In this document: piece by piece, positions 37,257 through 50,083 of the stretch
Position numbering within the stretch: the stretch's first letter is position 1
How the letters are laid out: every line of letters begins with the position of its first letter
From: Octopus sinensis
Lineage: Eukaryota
Assembly: GCF_006345805.1 (NCBI RefSeq)
Contig: NC_042998.1
Location: forward strand, 85,994,001 to 86,058,000
Length of the DNA stretch: 64,000 nucleotides
Direction of reading: 5' to 3'
The notes under the pieces: model-generated
Databases searched by the model: none
Seen by the model: the letters and a program-made list of their open reading frames with translations, nothing else
Told to the model about the DNA's origin: nothing
Position numbers and translations under genes: made by a program

Positions 37257-37461
37257 CAGTAATCCCTCGACTATCGTGGGTATTACGTTCCAAACCCCCC
37301 GCGAGGGGTGAAAATCCGCGAAGTAGAAACCGTACTGTACTGTATATGTTTAAAATTATTTTTATAATTTGTATATATTTATTTTACAATAAATGTAAAG
37401 CAACACCACGGAGGAATCGACATAAGCTTAAATAATAAACCGCGTAGGGCGAGGGATTAAC
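37257..37461 (+). mobile_element. Tigger/pogo-like MITE
   Basis: CAGTAATCCCTCG...CGAGGGATTA ends; homologous to 15612-15822. Confidence 0.75.
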
Positions 37462-37761
37462 GCATAAACAATATTTAATACATGCCGAACCGATTTCCAG
37501 CCAAAATGCAGAATCCATCAACATTTCTTTCTCATTTCATCACCTCTCACGTCTGATGAAAATATTTCCATGTTCATGAATGTGTATAAACAAAAGGGAA
37601 TGGAAAATAAAAAGAAAAAATGAGGGAAAGAAAAATGTGGGAGTTAGCCTTATTTGGAGCCGTGTGTACTTGGTTTCGATTCCTGCTCAATGCCTTCTAA
37701 AGACATAGGTTCACTACTCTGGGCCCAATGCTAACATATGTATGTTGTGGCTTACTTTCAG

Positions 37762-38047
37762 AAAAATGAATGTAGGACGTCCCTGGCCTCTACATTTATT
37801 TATTAAAAGCGATTATAAGTCCACGAACAGAATGTTCGGAGGCTTATAAAGTTGTTAAGATGGCCCTGTCTCTTGGTTACCGCGTATTCTTCACAAATTG
37901 ACCCGAGGAAGAAAAGTATGAACATCTTACTATCCCATTCATACTCCGAAAACCTTTTAGACACCATATCAACTTGGGCAACCACACCATCATTCCTCCA
38001 GTATATTTCCTCCATCAGGAGTCACAGATAGTTCTGGAAATGAAGAG
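37762..38047 (+). CDS. Probable 5'UTR/first coding exon of the cadherin-domain gene (ATG at 38040, M-K-S)
   Basis: Branch-like TGCTAAC plus TTTCAG acceptor at 37761; donor GAG|GTAATA at 38047; ATG AAG AG joins in frame to 51443 giving MKSNKVMYKML... Confidence 0.45.
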
Positions 38048-39689
38048 GTAATAGATCTTTTTAAATGTGAATTTATTTTATTTTTAACATTAATGGTTAA
38101 AAAAATCTACATTTAACTTGATAACTATTAGTATTATAAAATAGAAATATATTTATAAATGAACTAACTAGATAACAATGAAGTGATGGGGAAAGGGTTT
38201 AATCTCGGAATTTATATCAATTTCTTTGTTTCCTTACAAAACTCTATCTGCTACCTACGTCATATCCTAAGAGGAAAAGAAAAACGGTTTTCTGTTACAT
38301 TCCTTATTATAAACTAATTGAAGAAAGACTAGAAAAGAACAACACCTGTTGCTTACTGCCCGTCTTTCTTACTGTCTATCTAACCTTATTGCTTATCAAG
38401 GTTGTTTCTCTTATAAAAGTCGTACCTTCCCCTTCAGGGATGTGTGTATATGCATGCTTGTCTAATTGTGTGTTCGTGCGTATGTGTTGTTTGTGTATTT
38501 ACGCCGGTCGCATTATTGTTTGTCTTTATATCGTGTCACCTGTCGTCTCGCGGCTGCATAGTAAAGTACTCGAACGAAAACATGTTGCTAAGGAAACAGA
38601 ACTAATGCTATACTCTTTCACACAAAAGATAAGAAACCGGTTTCATTCGTGACCTTTTGTTCTATTCTGTTTCAGAAACCTTTTGTGTTTATGTGTACGT
38701 GTGTGTGATATTTCTATTCATATTTCTTGTAGTTCGACGCCAAACAAAGTAAAAGCGTTATTTTACATTAAGACTTATTGTTTATACAAATGAACATTCT
38801 GAGGATTACTTTTAAACGACAGGTTGTTGTTTCAGATATTGAAAGACATACAGAGTGTAACTATAGTGAAGTGAAAAAAAAAAAAAAAAAGAAGAAATAG
38901 ATATGTTCATATTTTTCTCTTCGCAGGAAAATTTGACATACATAATCACCTATTCCTTTATTCCTCTCTCCCTGCGCGCGCGCACACACGCACACACATG
39001 CTCGCGCGCAGACACACACACAGGCAAACACTGATTATTTTACCGACTGGGACAACCTGCTTTGCTGAAGAGAGCTAATCAGACCGAAACATGCCCATTG
39101 TTTTCGTCAGATGGGTTTAAAGACCACATTCACTTTAATCTGTATGAATGAGTGTGTACACTTATGCATACATTCACCAGTTTAAATTAGGCAAGTATAT
39201 CCCAGAAAATGAAGTCCTATTTTTAGTTTTCACTGTATCCATTCCTAATTCAAAACAGTAGATTGTGATTTAAGGGAAATCTGGTTGCTAAATCTGACAC
39301 GAAATAAACTTTTATGTTGTGTAATCCAAAATCAGCCTTAGTTGAAAAACCACCATAAAAGGCATTCTAGTTGGAACAAACCTGCTCTTTATATTTTTAG
39401 TATTGCCTTTATTGATGGTTGTGGTTTGTGTGAGTTTGGGCTGTTACATTAAGCAGGCTGAGTGACAACTAGTGTGCTTATGAATGTGCTTTGTGCTAAG
39501 ATGTCTGTTTGCCATACTTACCATATGCCTGTTCTATTATTTATGTAAAAATATTTCAGACAAAACTAAAATATGTAAAAGATATAAACTTGTATAAAAA
39601 CAAACTAGCCTATTTATATTTTGAATTACTTTATAATTTGTAATGAGTTTTTTTTCTCACCTCATCATTTGATATATTTTGTTTGGTAT

Positions 39690-42000
39690 CTCTTCTTCTA
39701 GATTGGGTTGCCTCAATCTGCACAGATGTTCCTCCAATAGTCACTGCTCTCCATCACTGACTTCAACTTGGGCACTGATAGGCTGCTGTGAATCATTAGT
39801 CTGTCAACATATGTGGTAGCTGGTTGATCTCTGCTCCTATTGGTTCTCAGAGTAACACATTCTTGATGCATTTGTTCATGGCCTGGTAGCAGTGCCCAAC
39901 AAAATGGTGTCTGCTGGCTCTGATATTGGGGAAAGTTCCTGTAGAGGTCTTTATTGGTCACCCACTGTTACCATTTGATATTCAATGCTTGTTGGAGTAA
40001 GCAGGTGTAGCACCCATCTAGTCGTTCCTATAATGTTTTTGTCAGGGTCTAAGTTTTAGACCTGTAAAGTAGCACACTTTCTACTATTACTTTGAAGAAC
40101 ATAAATTTTTTGTCTTCTCAGGAGTGATGACTATCAAATCATGTCTAGTTTACTGATGGCATTCCAGGCTTGGGCCTTTTTTGTCTCAAGATCTTTCTCT
40201 GATGAGGATAACCATGCACTGAGGTATCTGAAGTCTTCAACTTGTCTTATGTCATCTCCAATGAGTGATTTGAGAGTTCCAGAGGCATTGAACATCATCA
40301 CCTCAGTCTTGTTAGTGTTTATGTGCAGTCCCTACTCCTGAGCTGCTCTTCCAATTCATGCCAGGAATGCCTGAGCATCAAACATGGATTCAGACATCAA
40401 GCATAAATCATCTGCATCATCTGTGTCAGTGATACACTTCTCTGGTTTGTTTCAGTTACTCTCTGCAGAGTGAAACTGAGATGTTGGTGATCTTTTAGGA
40501 TGCATCTCATCACATAGTCCACCACACTGATAAAGAGATATGAAGCTAGCGTATATTCCTGTAGTACTCCTGCCTTGATTTCAAAGATGTCAGTTTTCAC
40601 ATTAGAAGATAAGACTTTTGCAAAGGCTTTGGAGTACATGATGCTGATGGCTCTCACAATCTTTTCAGGGATTCCATACACACTGAAGATTTTAATTATC
40701 TTTCTGCTGACTGGGTTGAATGCTTTCTTGAAGTTCATGAATGTCAAAACATCAAGGATGTTCTTAGACTTAACATTTCAGTGATTCTTCGCAGAGTGAA
40801 GATGTGGGAAATAATGTAGCATCCTTCTCTAAATCTGTTCTGGTCGTTTTGATGTAATTGACTGAAGTATGTTCTCACTCTCTTCAGCAGCATCTTGTTA
40901 TGAATCTTTGCTGCTATTGGATAAGACTAATTCCTCTGTAGTCTTCCAGCAGTGTCAGATTTCCTTTCTTGGGGATGGGAACAATATCACATCTGGACCA
41001 TACCTCTGGTGTGTCACCATTTAAAGTCTTGTATACTTTGAGATGTTCTTCCACATTTTGCCAGGAATCCTATCTGGTCCAGTTGCTTTATTATTAATCA
41101 ATTCCTTCAGATATCTATCCAGTTTGAAAATAGTGAAATCTTTAGTATTTATGGGAAATTCTCTTTCAATGATATTCTTAGTTTGAAATGTACTGTCAGT
41201 TGTTTGACTATCTGTGGAAGCAAGGAGCTTTTCAAAATGGACTTTACAGAGGTTCAGACGTTCCGTAGGAGATTAAGCCGTTAGAGTAAATCTGTTTGTA
41301 TACTTCTGGCTGGTGACTTCATTACAAATCTTCCACACTTCAGCACACTTCTTGTCGACAGCTGTGTTGATCCCAGCGATTCCTTCTACATATCGAACTA
41401 TGTTTTTGTTGTGCATTTCATTTAGCTTTCTGATATCCTGTTCAAAGATGTCTCTGTTTTGGGGAGTGGCATTGGCTCTCTTTACCTTTGCTGCCATTTA
41501 TCCCTCTTTCTCTCTGATTCATGACATCTATGTCCTCCCACGGGTCCCTTTTCCTCATCCTGGTCTTCTTGGGCACACACATCTCTGTCAAGTGTTTGTG
41601 TGCATCACAAAGAGCTTTGTAGAGATTGGTATTTGATCCCTCTGATTGCAGATGCTCTTGAGTACAGAGAGCATCAAAATGGATTCTGCTTTAATGTGGT
41701 ATCTGTTAGCCAAGTTAGCATCCTGTAGCAGAGTTGACCAGTTATAAATAATCAGGATTTTCTTTTGTCTGTTTGTTCTAAGACTCAGTTGGAGAGTCAA
41801 GTTACAATCTGATGGTCTGCATAGAGGGTGTCAGAGGTGTTATATCCTCACAGTTCCAGTCTGTTCTTTCACTTTTTGTTGTCTATATGTCTCTCTAATC
41901 CATTGGCATGTTCAATTTTCCAGAGCTTTGGTATAGTTTGGTATACTTTTCTAAATAGCCTCATTTTAATGACAGTGAATATTACTATAAATTATAAGGC
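39690..42000 (-). mobile_element. Degraded RTE-like LINE (APE C-terminus, RT, 3' end); relative of the 7524 element
   Basis: DHQIV, NYRGISL-like, FMNFKKAF, KAGVLQ, TDADDL and FRYLS-like motifs with many stops. Confidence 0.8.
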
Positions 42001-42012
42001 TATTTGCGTATA

Positions 42013-42083
42013 GCTAAAATGGCTTAGTTGGGAGAGCATTAGACTAAAGGAACTTTAACCCTGGTTCAGTTCCTTGTTTAGGT
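42013..42083 (+). pseudogene. tRNA-Phe-like pseudogene (or tRNA-Phe-derived SINE head)
   Basis: GCTAAAATGGCTTAGTTGGGAGAGCATTAGACT...CCCTGGTTC aligns with the eukaryotic tRNA-Phe consensus; anticodon reads AAA and the anticodon and T stems are broken. Confidence 0.6.
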
Positions 42084-42199
42084 GAGTTGATGAGGTTCTA
42101 CTTTGTATTTGAAATTATTACTAAGCAAGATCTCTAGTTTAACTTAGTTGGAGGAGTGATATAAGGGGAGGTGTTTTTGGTTACAGATGTCATTAGGTG

Positions 42200-42600
42200 T
42201 AGGTGTGGCTGTGTGGTTAAGAAGCTTGCTTCCCATCCACATAATTTCATAGTAGAAGACGAGTGTCTTCTACTATAGCCCTTGGTTGATCAGAGCCTTG
42301 TGAGTGGATGTGATTGATAGAAAATGGAAGAAGTTTGTTGTGTATATGTGTGTGTATGCGTTGGTGTCTCCTTGCCTTTATGTTACATGGTAGTTGTAAA
42401 CGAGGACCATCATATAAGTAGTGTCCTTTGTTTCCAATCTTCTGTGAAAGCATGTGCAGCAAAAGGGGTAATGTTACCTTACTTGAAATCAAGCAAGAGT
42501 TGGCAACAGAAAGATAACCAGCTGTAGAAAATCTCCCTCAACAAATTCCATCTGACCAATGCATACTTGAAAAAGTGGACGTTAAAATGATGATGATAAT
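42200..42600 (+). mobile_element. SINE family A with tail
   Basis: ggtgtggctgtgtggttaagaagcttgc head; ends aaagtggacgttaaaatgatgatg. Confidence 0.7.
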
Positions 42601-43004
42601 AATGATATACTGCTATATAATCATTGTTCAAACATTTGAATCAGATGAACTTATGGAGATTATCTCCTTCTTTTTTTGGGTTGAAACATCCATAGAGGGT
42701 GTTTACTAACTGCTTGTATATTCCCAGTTAATCAGTGTTTTGCAGCTTACAGTATTACATACATGTGACTGTACTATATTTTATTTAGTATGCAGATGTA
42801 TTTTTTCTCATTCTTATTACTTTCTTTGGAACTTCTTTCTCAACAGTCACAAGTTACATATTGAAACCTTTATTTGGCTGCTTGATTTGCTATAATAATC
42901 CCACAAACCTCACCATACCAAAACAAGGCAAGAACACAATAGATAATGTAATCCTTGATACCAATAAAAAGATGGGATGTTTACAGTGCTCAATCAATTT
43001 TTTT

Positions 43005-43110
43005 TCAGCCCTAAAAGATGACAGGCAAAGTTGACCTCAGTGGCATTTGAACTCAGAACCAAAGGAGTCAGAACAAATATTACAAAGCAATTTGTTCAAA
43101 GCTCCAATGA
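43005..43110 (-). mobile_element. SINE family B fragment
   Basis: gcaaagttgacctcag..atttgaactcagaac. Confidence 0.6.
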
Positions 43111-44177
43111 TTTGACCACTCCTATCATTATAATAAGCATTCCTTTATAATAATAAAATGACATTTTTTTTTCCATCCTGAAAATTCACATAACTTTCTT
43201 TTTCTCACATCCAACTGCTTTATCATGAACAAAATAAGTTATTGACTAACATCACAATTGGTATATTTGCTTATGTACCTCTTTACTTCTGTGTCAAATA
43301 GTCAAGTAAAATCCTCCCAATAAGTGAGTGATATTTTTCTTTATATGCATGAATCATTACACCAAAAAGTTTTATGTAATTAGTTAAAATAGATTAAACA
43401 TTGTAGAATGTTAGTTACCTTTTAAACTACTTTAAAAAAATCTGCTTCCATACTCAAGTCAATGAATAAGCATGTCTTCATAATTGTTGCTATTTTCAAT
43501 GTAGCAGGGAATTGCCTTTTATTATACTCCCTTGTTCTCTTTAGAATTCAAAAGGCAAGTTTTAAAACCCTTTTTTGTAGAATAGTCATGTCCAGTAGAA
43601 ATGAGATTGATACAATTAGAATATCAATTTGGATGTCTAGCTCCATGGCATAAATTTTCTGAAGTAGAATTAACTGTAGTTTCTCAGCCACAAATCTATA
43701 TCAATCTGATGCAGCATAAAAAGAAACAAACATTTTCTTTGGACAAAATATAAAGCCAACTTTTGTAAAAGAAGAGATATAGTCACTTGTTTTCAACCAA
43801 GTGTATAACTGATCTAGAAGCGAAATAACTGTAGGTGGATAGAGACGATATCTTAATTATGAACTCATATAGAATTGTTTGCATTTAAACTGACCGAAGG
43901 ATATTTCATGTGTATTTTCATATCAAATACAAGTTCTATATTTGACATATAGTCTGAGAATACTACCTTCATAAACCACCCAACAATGTAAAACTAGAGT
44001 AAAGAGACATAACCAATTTATTTAGAGGAATATTGCAGTGACTTAAATCAACTCAGTATATTGCTGGTACTTTGTCTTATTTGAAGTGTAAAGGAAAAGA
44101 AGTGAATTGATCAATGAAAGAAAAGGTATTTAGAAAATATTTTAGAAAATATTCTACCAATCTTTGAAGTGTCACAT

Positions 44178-44450
44178 TTATCTACTACATATGTGGAAAT
44201 CTGTAGGTGTGTTTGTTTGTGGCATTGTTATCTAACTCCTACATCATTTTATCGATTTTGATGAAACTTGACACCTGAATAGAAATCATATCTGGAAAAC
44301 TAGTGACATACTTAGATTGTTGAAAAAAATCGATAATAGGGACCCTGGAAGGGATTCTTATATCTACTACATATAACTAATATATCTTTAAATATCCAAG
44401 GGAAATAACCCATTTGCTTCTGAAAGGGACCCTTATATATAAGCAAGAGA
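44178..44450 (+). mobile_element. Helitron-like fragment
   Basis: A|TCTACTACATATG 5' start followed by gtgtttgtttgt and 'gattttgatgaaacttg', as in the other Helitrons; no 3' CTAG found. Confidence 0.4.
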
Positions 44451-45084
44451 AATAACACATTCATGTTCATAAATTATTTCGTATAAATCGAATTGAGTAT
44501 GCTTATTTCTTAGTATTTGAACTATTTGAGTTATTTTTGCAATTTATCCAGTACAATGCTTAAGCAAGTAAATAGTGTTTTCCTAAACAATAAATCCACT
44601 TATTTTGGTTTGGTAACTTATTCACGAATATACCAACACTAGCGCCGCTGAGGGTAATATTCTCTGAACGCACAAAAGCTTTTTTCAGAGTCATTTATTT
44701 TGAATTGTTATTATCTCATATCTGATTTGCCTGTTATTACATAATATGCTTCACGATTTTAGTATACATACTTTATTAGTATTTCCTCCTGAGTTCTATA
44801 TACTCTGGGAATGTTTTAAAGCCCTTTTCGGGGCTACTTTATTTGAATTCTTACTATTGGGTAATTTCATGTTATTATATAACTGACTTCACAATTTGGG
44901 TATTCCAAAAATTCCAAAAAACAAGATCCTGTGTAAGACAGTTTGGTATTCTCAATAAATGCACAAAAACTGTTTTAAGGGCTACATACTTTGTATTATT
45001 GTTACTGGATTAGCAAAGCAATTATGAGAACAGAACCAAGAGATAAGCCCCACATTCCTGGGAATTACCGGGTATGTCAGCTAG

Positions 45085-45395
45085 TATATATGTGTATGTG
45101 TGTGTATATGTATGTATATGTGTGTTTATATATATATATATATATGTGTATATATGTGTTTATATATATGTGTGTGTTTATATATATATATATATATGTG
45201 TATATATGTGTTTATATATATGTGTGTGTGTATATATATATATGTGTATGTGTAGATATATGTGTGTGTATGTGTATGTGTAGATATATGTGTGTGTATG
45301 TGTGTATATATATATATGTGTATATGTGTGTTTATATATATATATGTATGTATATATATATATATCTATGTGTGTGAGTGTGTATGTATGTATAT
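45085..45395. repeat. (TA)/(TG) compound microsatellite
   Basis: Direct reading. Confidence 0.95.
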
Positions 45396-45630
45396 CATCA
45401 TTGTTTAGCATCTGCTTTCCATGCTAGCATGGGTTGGATGGTTCAACTGGGGTCTGGGAAGCCAGAAGGCTGCACCAAGCCCAGTCTGATCTGGCAATGT
45501 TTCTATGGCTGAATGCCCTTCCTAACGCCAACCACTCCATGAGTGTAGTGGGTGCTTTTTACGTGCCACCGGCACAGGTGCCAGACGAGTGTGGCAAACG
45601 GCCACGATCAGATGGTGCTTTTTACGTGCC
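45395..45630 (-). mobile_element. RTE 3'UTR fragment
   Basis: Nearly collinear with 13660-13890. Confidence 0.85.
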
Positions 45631-46255
45631 GTGAATCCAACCAACTAAGGGATAGTATCTAATCCAATATAATGGTGGTAGAATAACCAATTATTAATAC
45701 ACAACTGTTAGTTATTGAGTGGCAATTACACTACTGAGCGTAATAAATGGGCGAGGGTAAAAAGTGGTTTTACCCCTAATTTATACTATGTTGCTATAGT
45801 ACACAGTTTAAATTTATTTACTGCTGAGCTATTATGACTATGCTTGTGCACTAACTTTGAATCCATAATGTATAAAGATGGAGCTGTCTTGCACATGTGT
45901 TTGCCTCGTGTTTTCGGTACATGTTATAGCTACATAATTATGCATTCCTTAGCGATCCTACTGATGAGCTACAGATACCAAATTAATTTATTTGGTCATT
46001 AATAGCGAAACTCGAGTATAGGATTAAGTAATTTTTTATTCACCCTACTCCCTATTAGCAGTATGTCTTAAGAATTCCTTTTTTCGTGGTTTGGGTTTAA
46101 CTGCCCTTTCTAGCATGTAAGAAGTCCTGTCAAGGGTCTTATCTCCATGTATATATCTTTATACACTCTTATATACAAAAATATTTTGTTTTCTGATTTT
46201 TATTAGCCTTGCAAACCACTGGTAATAAATGATTTTAATGTTTTACCCTCATACT
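45631..46255 (+). mobile_element. Penelope-like element 3'/pLTR remnant carrying a hammerhead
   Basis: Contains a complete minimal hammerhead and ends at a (TA)n; the PLE assignment is inferred from the ribozyme type, as no ORF was recognised. Confidence 0.5.
45955..46024 (+). ncRNA. Minimal type I hammerhead ribozyme with extended stem II
   Basis: ATCCTA-CTGATGA-GCTA..ACCAAAT/ATTTGGT..TAGC-GAAA-C(tcga)G-TA^TAGGAT; all core nucleotides intact, cleavage after 46018. Confidence 0.88.
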
Positions 46256-46268
46256 TATATATATATAT

Positions 46269-46672
46269 CTAATATAATAAATGCAAAAGCTAATTTCTGT
46301 GTCCCCCCTCTCACTATTCAATGATACTCCTACTGTTCCTCATGATGAGGTGAGAGTAATAGTAGACATAGAGATGGTGAGGGTGGTGGCAAAGACAGAC
46401 AGAGAGAGAAAGAGAGACAAAGAAATTTAGGGAGAGTTGATGATGTTTTATTAAAAGTAGTTGTATTGATGGTGGCAGTGGGAGTAATAATAAAAGAGAG
46501 AGAAAGAGATAGATGATGTATAACTTTGTTAAACCCTGTCTCTTTGACAGAAATTCCTGTGGTCAACATACTGAATGTTTAGTGATGACTGCATGCCACC
46601 CTTTTTCATTATTTCCCCCATCCTAAAAGAGGTTACCATCCTTGAACTCATGTCTTCATGCCAATAGCTATA
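46269..46672 (+). mobile_element. Non-autonomous Helitron-like element; second copy at 50084-50410
   Basis: A|TCTAATATAATAAATG start; 46280-46570 aligns closely with 50090-50410. Confidence 0.6.
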
Positions 46673-46739
46673 TACAATTGTAAAAAACTAAATAAATAAG
46701 TATTTGGTAAAAAAATTCCAAATTGAAAGAAATCCCTCC

Positions 46740-47660
46740 CTCCTCCCTCTCCAGTTGAGCAATGGGATTGGTAGATGTTCTGCTTTAGAAATTTATTGAG
46801 GATTAGTGGTGGGGATGTGCAACAATGTTCTCAAGGAGACACTGGGTGCCACCAAGAATGAACTGGCTAGTCTGTTCTGGAGGACTTTCCAGTTGATAAC
46901 TATCATGGATAATTTCCAGATGTCTTTGGAGGGTGTTACTGGTTTGAGACAAGCTCTATAGGTACGGATGTGCTGTCAGATGGACTTGTTTGAGGTGCAC
47001 CCAGAGTGACGAAACTGTGCTGCATGCCCTCATTCAGTGTCCAGGCTTTGCTGACTTATGGGGTTATGTTGAATAGCTGCTGTCACACGTGGAATGGATC
47101 TGTCTGTCAGCCCAGTCTGTAGTGATGATTGCACCTCTGCCCTACTTCACTTGGGCAGGCAAGGCAGTTTTTTTCTTTGCCTGGTGGCTATAGCAAAAGA
47201 GGTTGTTTGGCAGTCAAGGCTGAAAGGCTGAGAGGACTGATACATTCTTCTTTGGTAGAGCTCTCAATGACTTTTTCAAGTTTCACTTGAAAAGGAAATT
47301 GAGAGTGGAGAGGGAAGTGCTGTCCTCGAATGAGCTTATTGAAAGGCGGGTGAAAGTTGCAAAAATGGCAAGAGTGGGTGGTACCTCTCTAAGTGTAGAC
47401 CTGTGAGTCAGAGAGAAGAAATTGGAGAAGGCACTTGCTCATAGGGTTTCAGGGAAATCTGAGACAGTGAGATTCCTTGATTATCCCCAGAAGAGTTGCT
47501 GAATCAGGAGGGCCACATCTCTATCATCCTACTTTTTTTTTTACCTTTGTATGCTATGCATTTTATCATTTCATCATTATATGTAAACCCCCACACTTTA
47601 TGTCTATCTTTGTATTGTCCCCCTCATCCTCTGCCCTTGTGGCAAATAAATGAAATTATT
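46740..47660 (+). pseudogene. 3' end of a Tx1/L1-like LINE
   Basis: C-terminal zinc-binding remnant (C..C...ETVLHALIQC), RVGGTSLSVDL* ending, 3'UTR with aataaa and (ATT)n. Confidence 0.65.
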
Positions 47661-47687
47661 GTTATTATTATTATTATCATTATTATT

Positions 47688-47910
47688 AAGGCGGCATACT
47701 GACAGTATCGTTAGTATGCTGGGCAAAATGCTTAGCGGCATTTCTTGTCTTTACATTCTGTGTTCAAATTCAGCTGAGGTTGACTTTGCCTTTCATCCTT
47801 CTGGGTTGATAAATTAAATACTAGTGAAATACTGAGGTTGATGTAATCGACTAGTCTACTCCCCACAAATTTCAGGCCTTGAGGTTATAATAGAAAGGAT
47901 TATTATTATT
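47688..47910 (+). mobile_element. SINE family B
   Basis: Full head-to-(ATT)n copy. Confidence 0.75.
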
Positions 47911-48701
47911 ATTGTTTTCATTACTCGAAGAAAAAGGCATTTTATAGTTTCAGTTTCTTGAAGTTTTCTTTTGATTCTTCTTTGGTGGAAGTTAAAATTC
48001 TGAAGAATAAAGTTAAACATTAGTGATGGGAAAGTGAGTTGGTAATGGAAAATGATGAAATTAGAGATGATCAGTTGAGCAGGGTAATCACTTGAGTGGA
48101 TCTTTTATTGGATTTATGAAGGTCAAGAAGATAGAAAGGTATATTAAGGAAGGTGAAATCAGTTCTGGTTTTCTCTGGTATGTTATGTGTATATGTGTTT
48201 GTGTGTATGATTATGTGTAGATTATTTATTTGTTTGCAGTTTTATATTTTTTAAAAAGTGTAATGAAATATCAAAAAAGTGATTTTTAAATGAAAGGCTT
48301 AGATTTAAAATTTTGAGCAGTGTATATATGTACTGTATACTTTTATTTAATATGTATGCACTTATTGTTTATATCTTTTATGTATTTGTTTTAATTGCTA
48401 TGTTTATATGTTCTTGTCTTTTTGTGTGTAGTTGTGAATGTTTGTGTGTATGTATGTGTAAATGTACATGTTTATTTATTTATCTGCTTCAGTTTTTAGA
48501 AAGGGAATATTAAAATAGTGGTTTAAATTTAAACTTCTTGATGTATATAAGTTATATGCTATGTAATTCAGTTTGAATTAAATGGAGAACTGGAAATTCT
48601 TAGGTTGAAATTTAGTGATAGTAAAGAAAAAAAGAAAAAAATTTCTATAAAATTTTTAACTGTCATGGGAATAATGAAGAATTTTAAGATGTGTTTATAT
48701 A

Positions 48702-48880
48702 TGAGGGGTTGCTGAAAAGTTCCTGGCTCAGAGGCCCAACCTTCTGAGTTCTACAGGGCTTAGAACAGAAGGACTGCTGTAATAAGTGTGTGAATCTGAG
48801 AGGGAAATATGTTGAAAAAATAATTAACTGATCTTCCTGTATTTTCTTTTACCCAAAGCCAGGAACTTTTCAGCACCCAC
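48702..48880 (+). mobile_element. mariner-derived MITE
   Basis: TA|TGAGGGGTTGCTGAAAAGTTCCTGG / CCAGGAACTTTTCAGCACCC TIRs; holds the last codons of a mariner ORF (KCVNLRGKYVE). Confidence 0.8.
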
Positions 48881-48894
48881 CCCTGTGTGTGTGC

Positions 48895-48925
<31 letters not shown>

Positions 48926-49406
48926 CGCTTGTGCATATGCGTGTGTGTGTGTGTGTTTGTGTGTGTGTGTACATATGTGTAAAATTGTATTATATTTCTT
49001 CTGGTCCATTTCCACTAGAGAGTTACTTAAAATAATGTATTAACATATTTTAATTAGCATAGTTTATTATATTTTACAATTTATTATATTTTCATATGTG
49101 ATATATGTTAATTGTTATGTTTTATACCAGTATATATGAAATAGAACTACATAGCACAAAGTGTTATATAGTATGTAAAATATATATATTGAAAAACTTG
49201 TAACTTCATTCTCTATTTCAGTGACTAAGTTAATATCCCCTCATATTTTCTATATGTTTATATAAATAAATAACTCAATACATATACATGCATAAACCTT
49301 AAAATTACCCAATCTTTTAGAATTGCTCTATCTTGCTGGTTACATCTATCATTTTAAATGTGGCCAAGCCAATATAGACAGCATTCCTAGAACATAAAAG
49401 CTCTTG

Positions 49407-49458
<52 letters not shown>

Positions 49459-49462
<4 letters not shown>

Positions 49463-49648
49463 GGGGTGCTTATAAGTTCTAGGCTTTGGGTAAAAGAAAT
49501 ACAAGAGAATTAGTTAATTATAATTTTATTCAACATATTCACCTCTCGAATTCACACACTTTCTGCAGCAGTCCTTCAGTTTTTCTAAGCCCTGTACAAG
49601 AACTCAGAAGGTTGGGCCTCCAACCAGGAACTTTTCAGCACCCCCTTG
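49459..49648 (-). mobile_element. mariner-derived MITE, inverted relative to 48702-48880, inserted at the end of a (TA)n
   Basis: Reverse complement aligns along its length with 48702-48880. Confidence 0.8.
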
Positions 49649-50083
49649 TAAGTATCTTGATATTGGTCACCCTGTCAGTCCAATGTATATCAGATATGCT
49701 TTGCAATCACTATAGTGTTTAAATATATACAAGCAAGAAAAGAGACTCAATTCAGTTAGAATGCATCAAGACTCTTTCCTTGCTAAATAGAGTTCATACC
49801 CCTCTATTCCTGTTCCATTACCAGCTCTGTGTTATGTATTGGCATAGAAACAAATCCCTCAATGACTGAGCCCACTTAATAATAAATAGAAATGATTGCA
49901 ATATGTAAGCAGAAGGAGTATTTTATAATTGGTAAATAACATATCCTGTAATTGAGCTCAAACCTTTTGAGGAAGTCTAGAGATGGTACTTCTGGAAAAT
50001 ATTGCCTAAAAGCAACAGAATTAATCACATTTTGATGGATATTTCTCATAAAGTAAAAAAAAGGACTTATCTTAACTTGACTA

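Noticed and set aside
37803-38015. Minus-strand 70-aa ORF MEEIYWRND... with flanking splice-like signals
   Set aside because: No recognisable domain, and its stop lies before the donor; the plus-strand exon reading fits the downstream gene better. An antisense transcript is not excluded
39065-39100. CTGAAGA...CCGAAAC hammerhead-like motif
   Set aside because: Stem II barely pairs and there is no GUH triplet or stem I partner; at best a decayed copy
34225-46740. Idea that the two Tx1-like pieces are one element split by 12.5 kb
   Set aside because: The pieces do not appear contiguous in ORF2 (intervening coding sequence missing) and no TSD supports it
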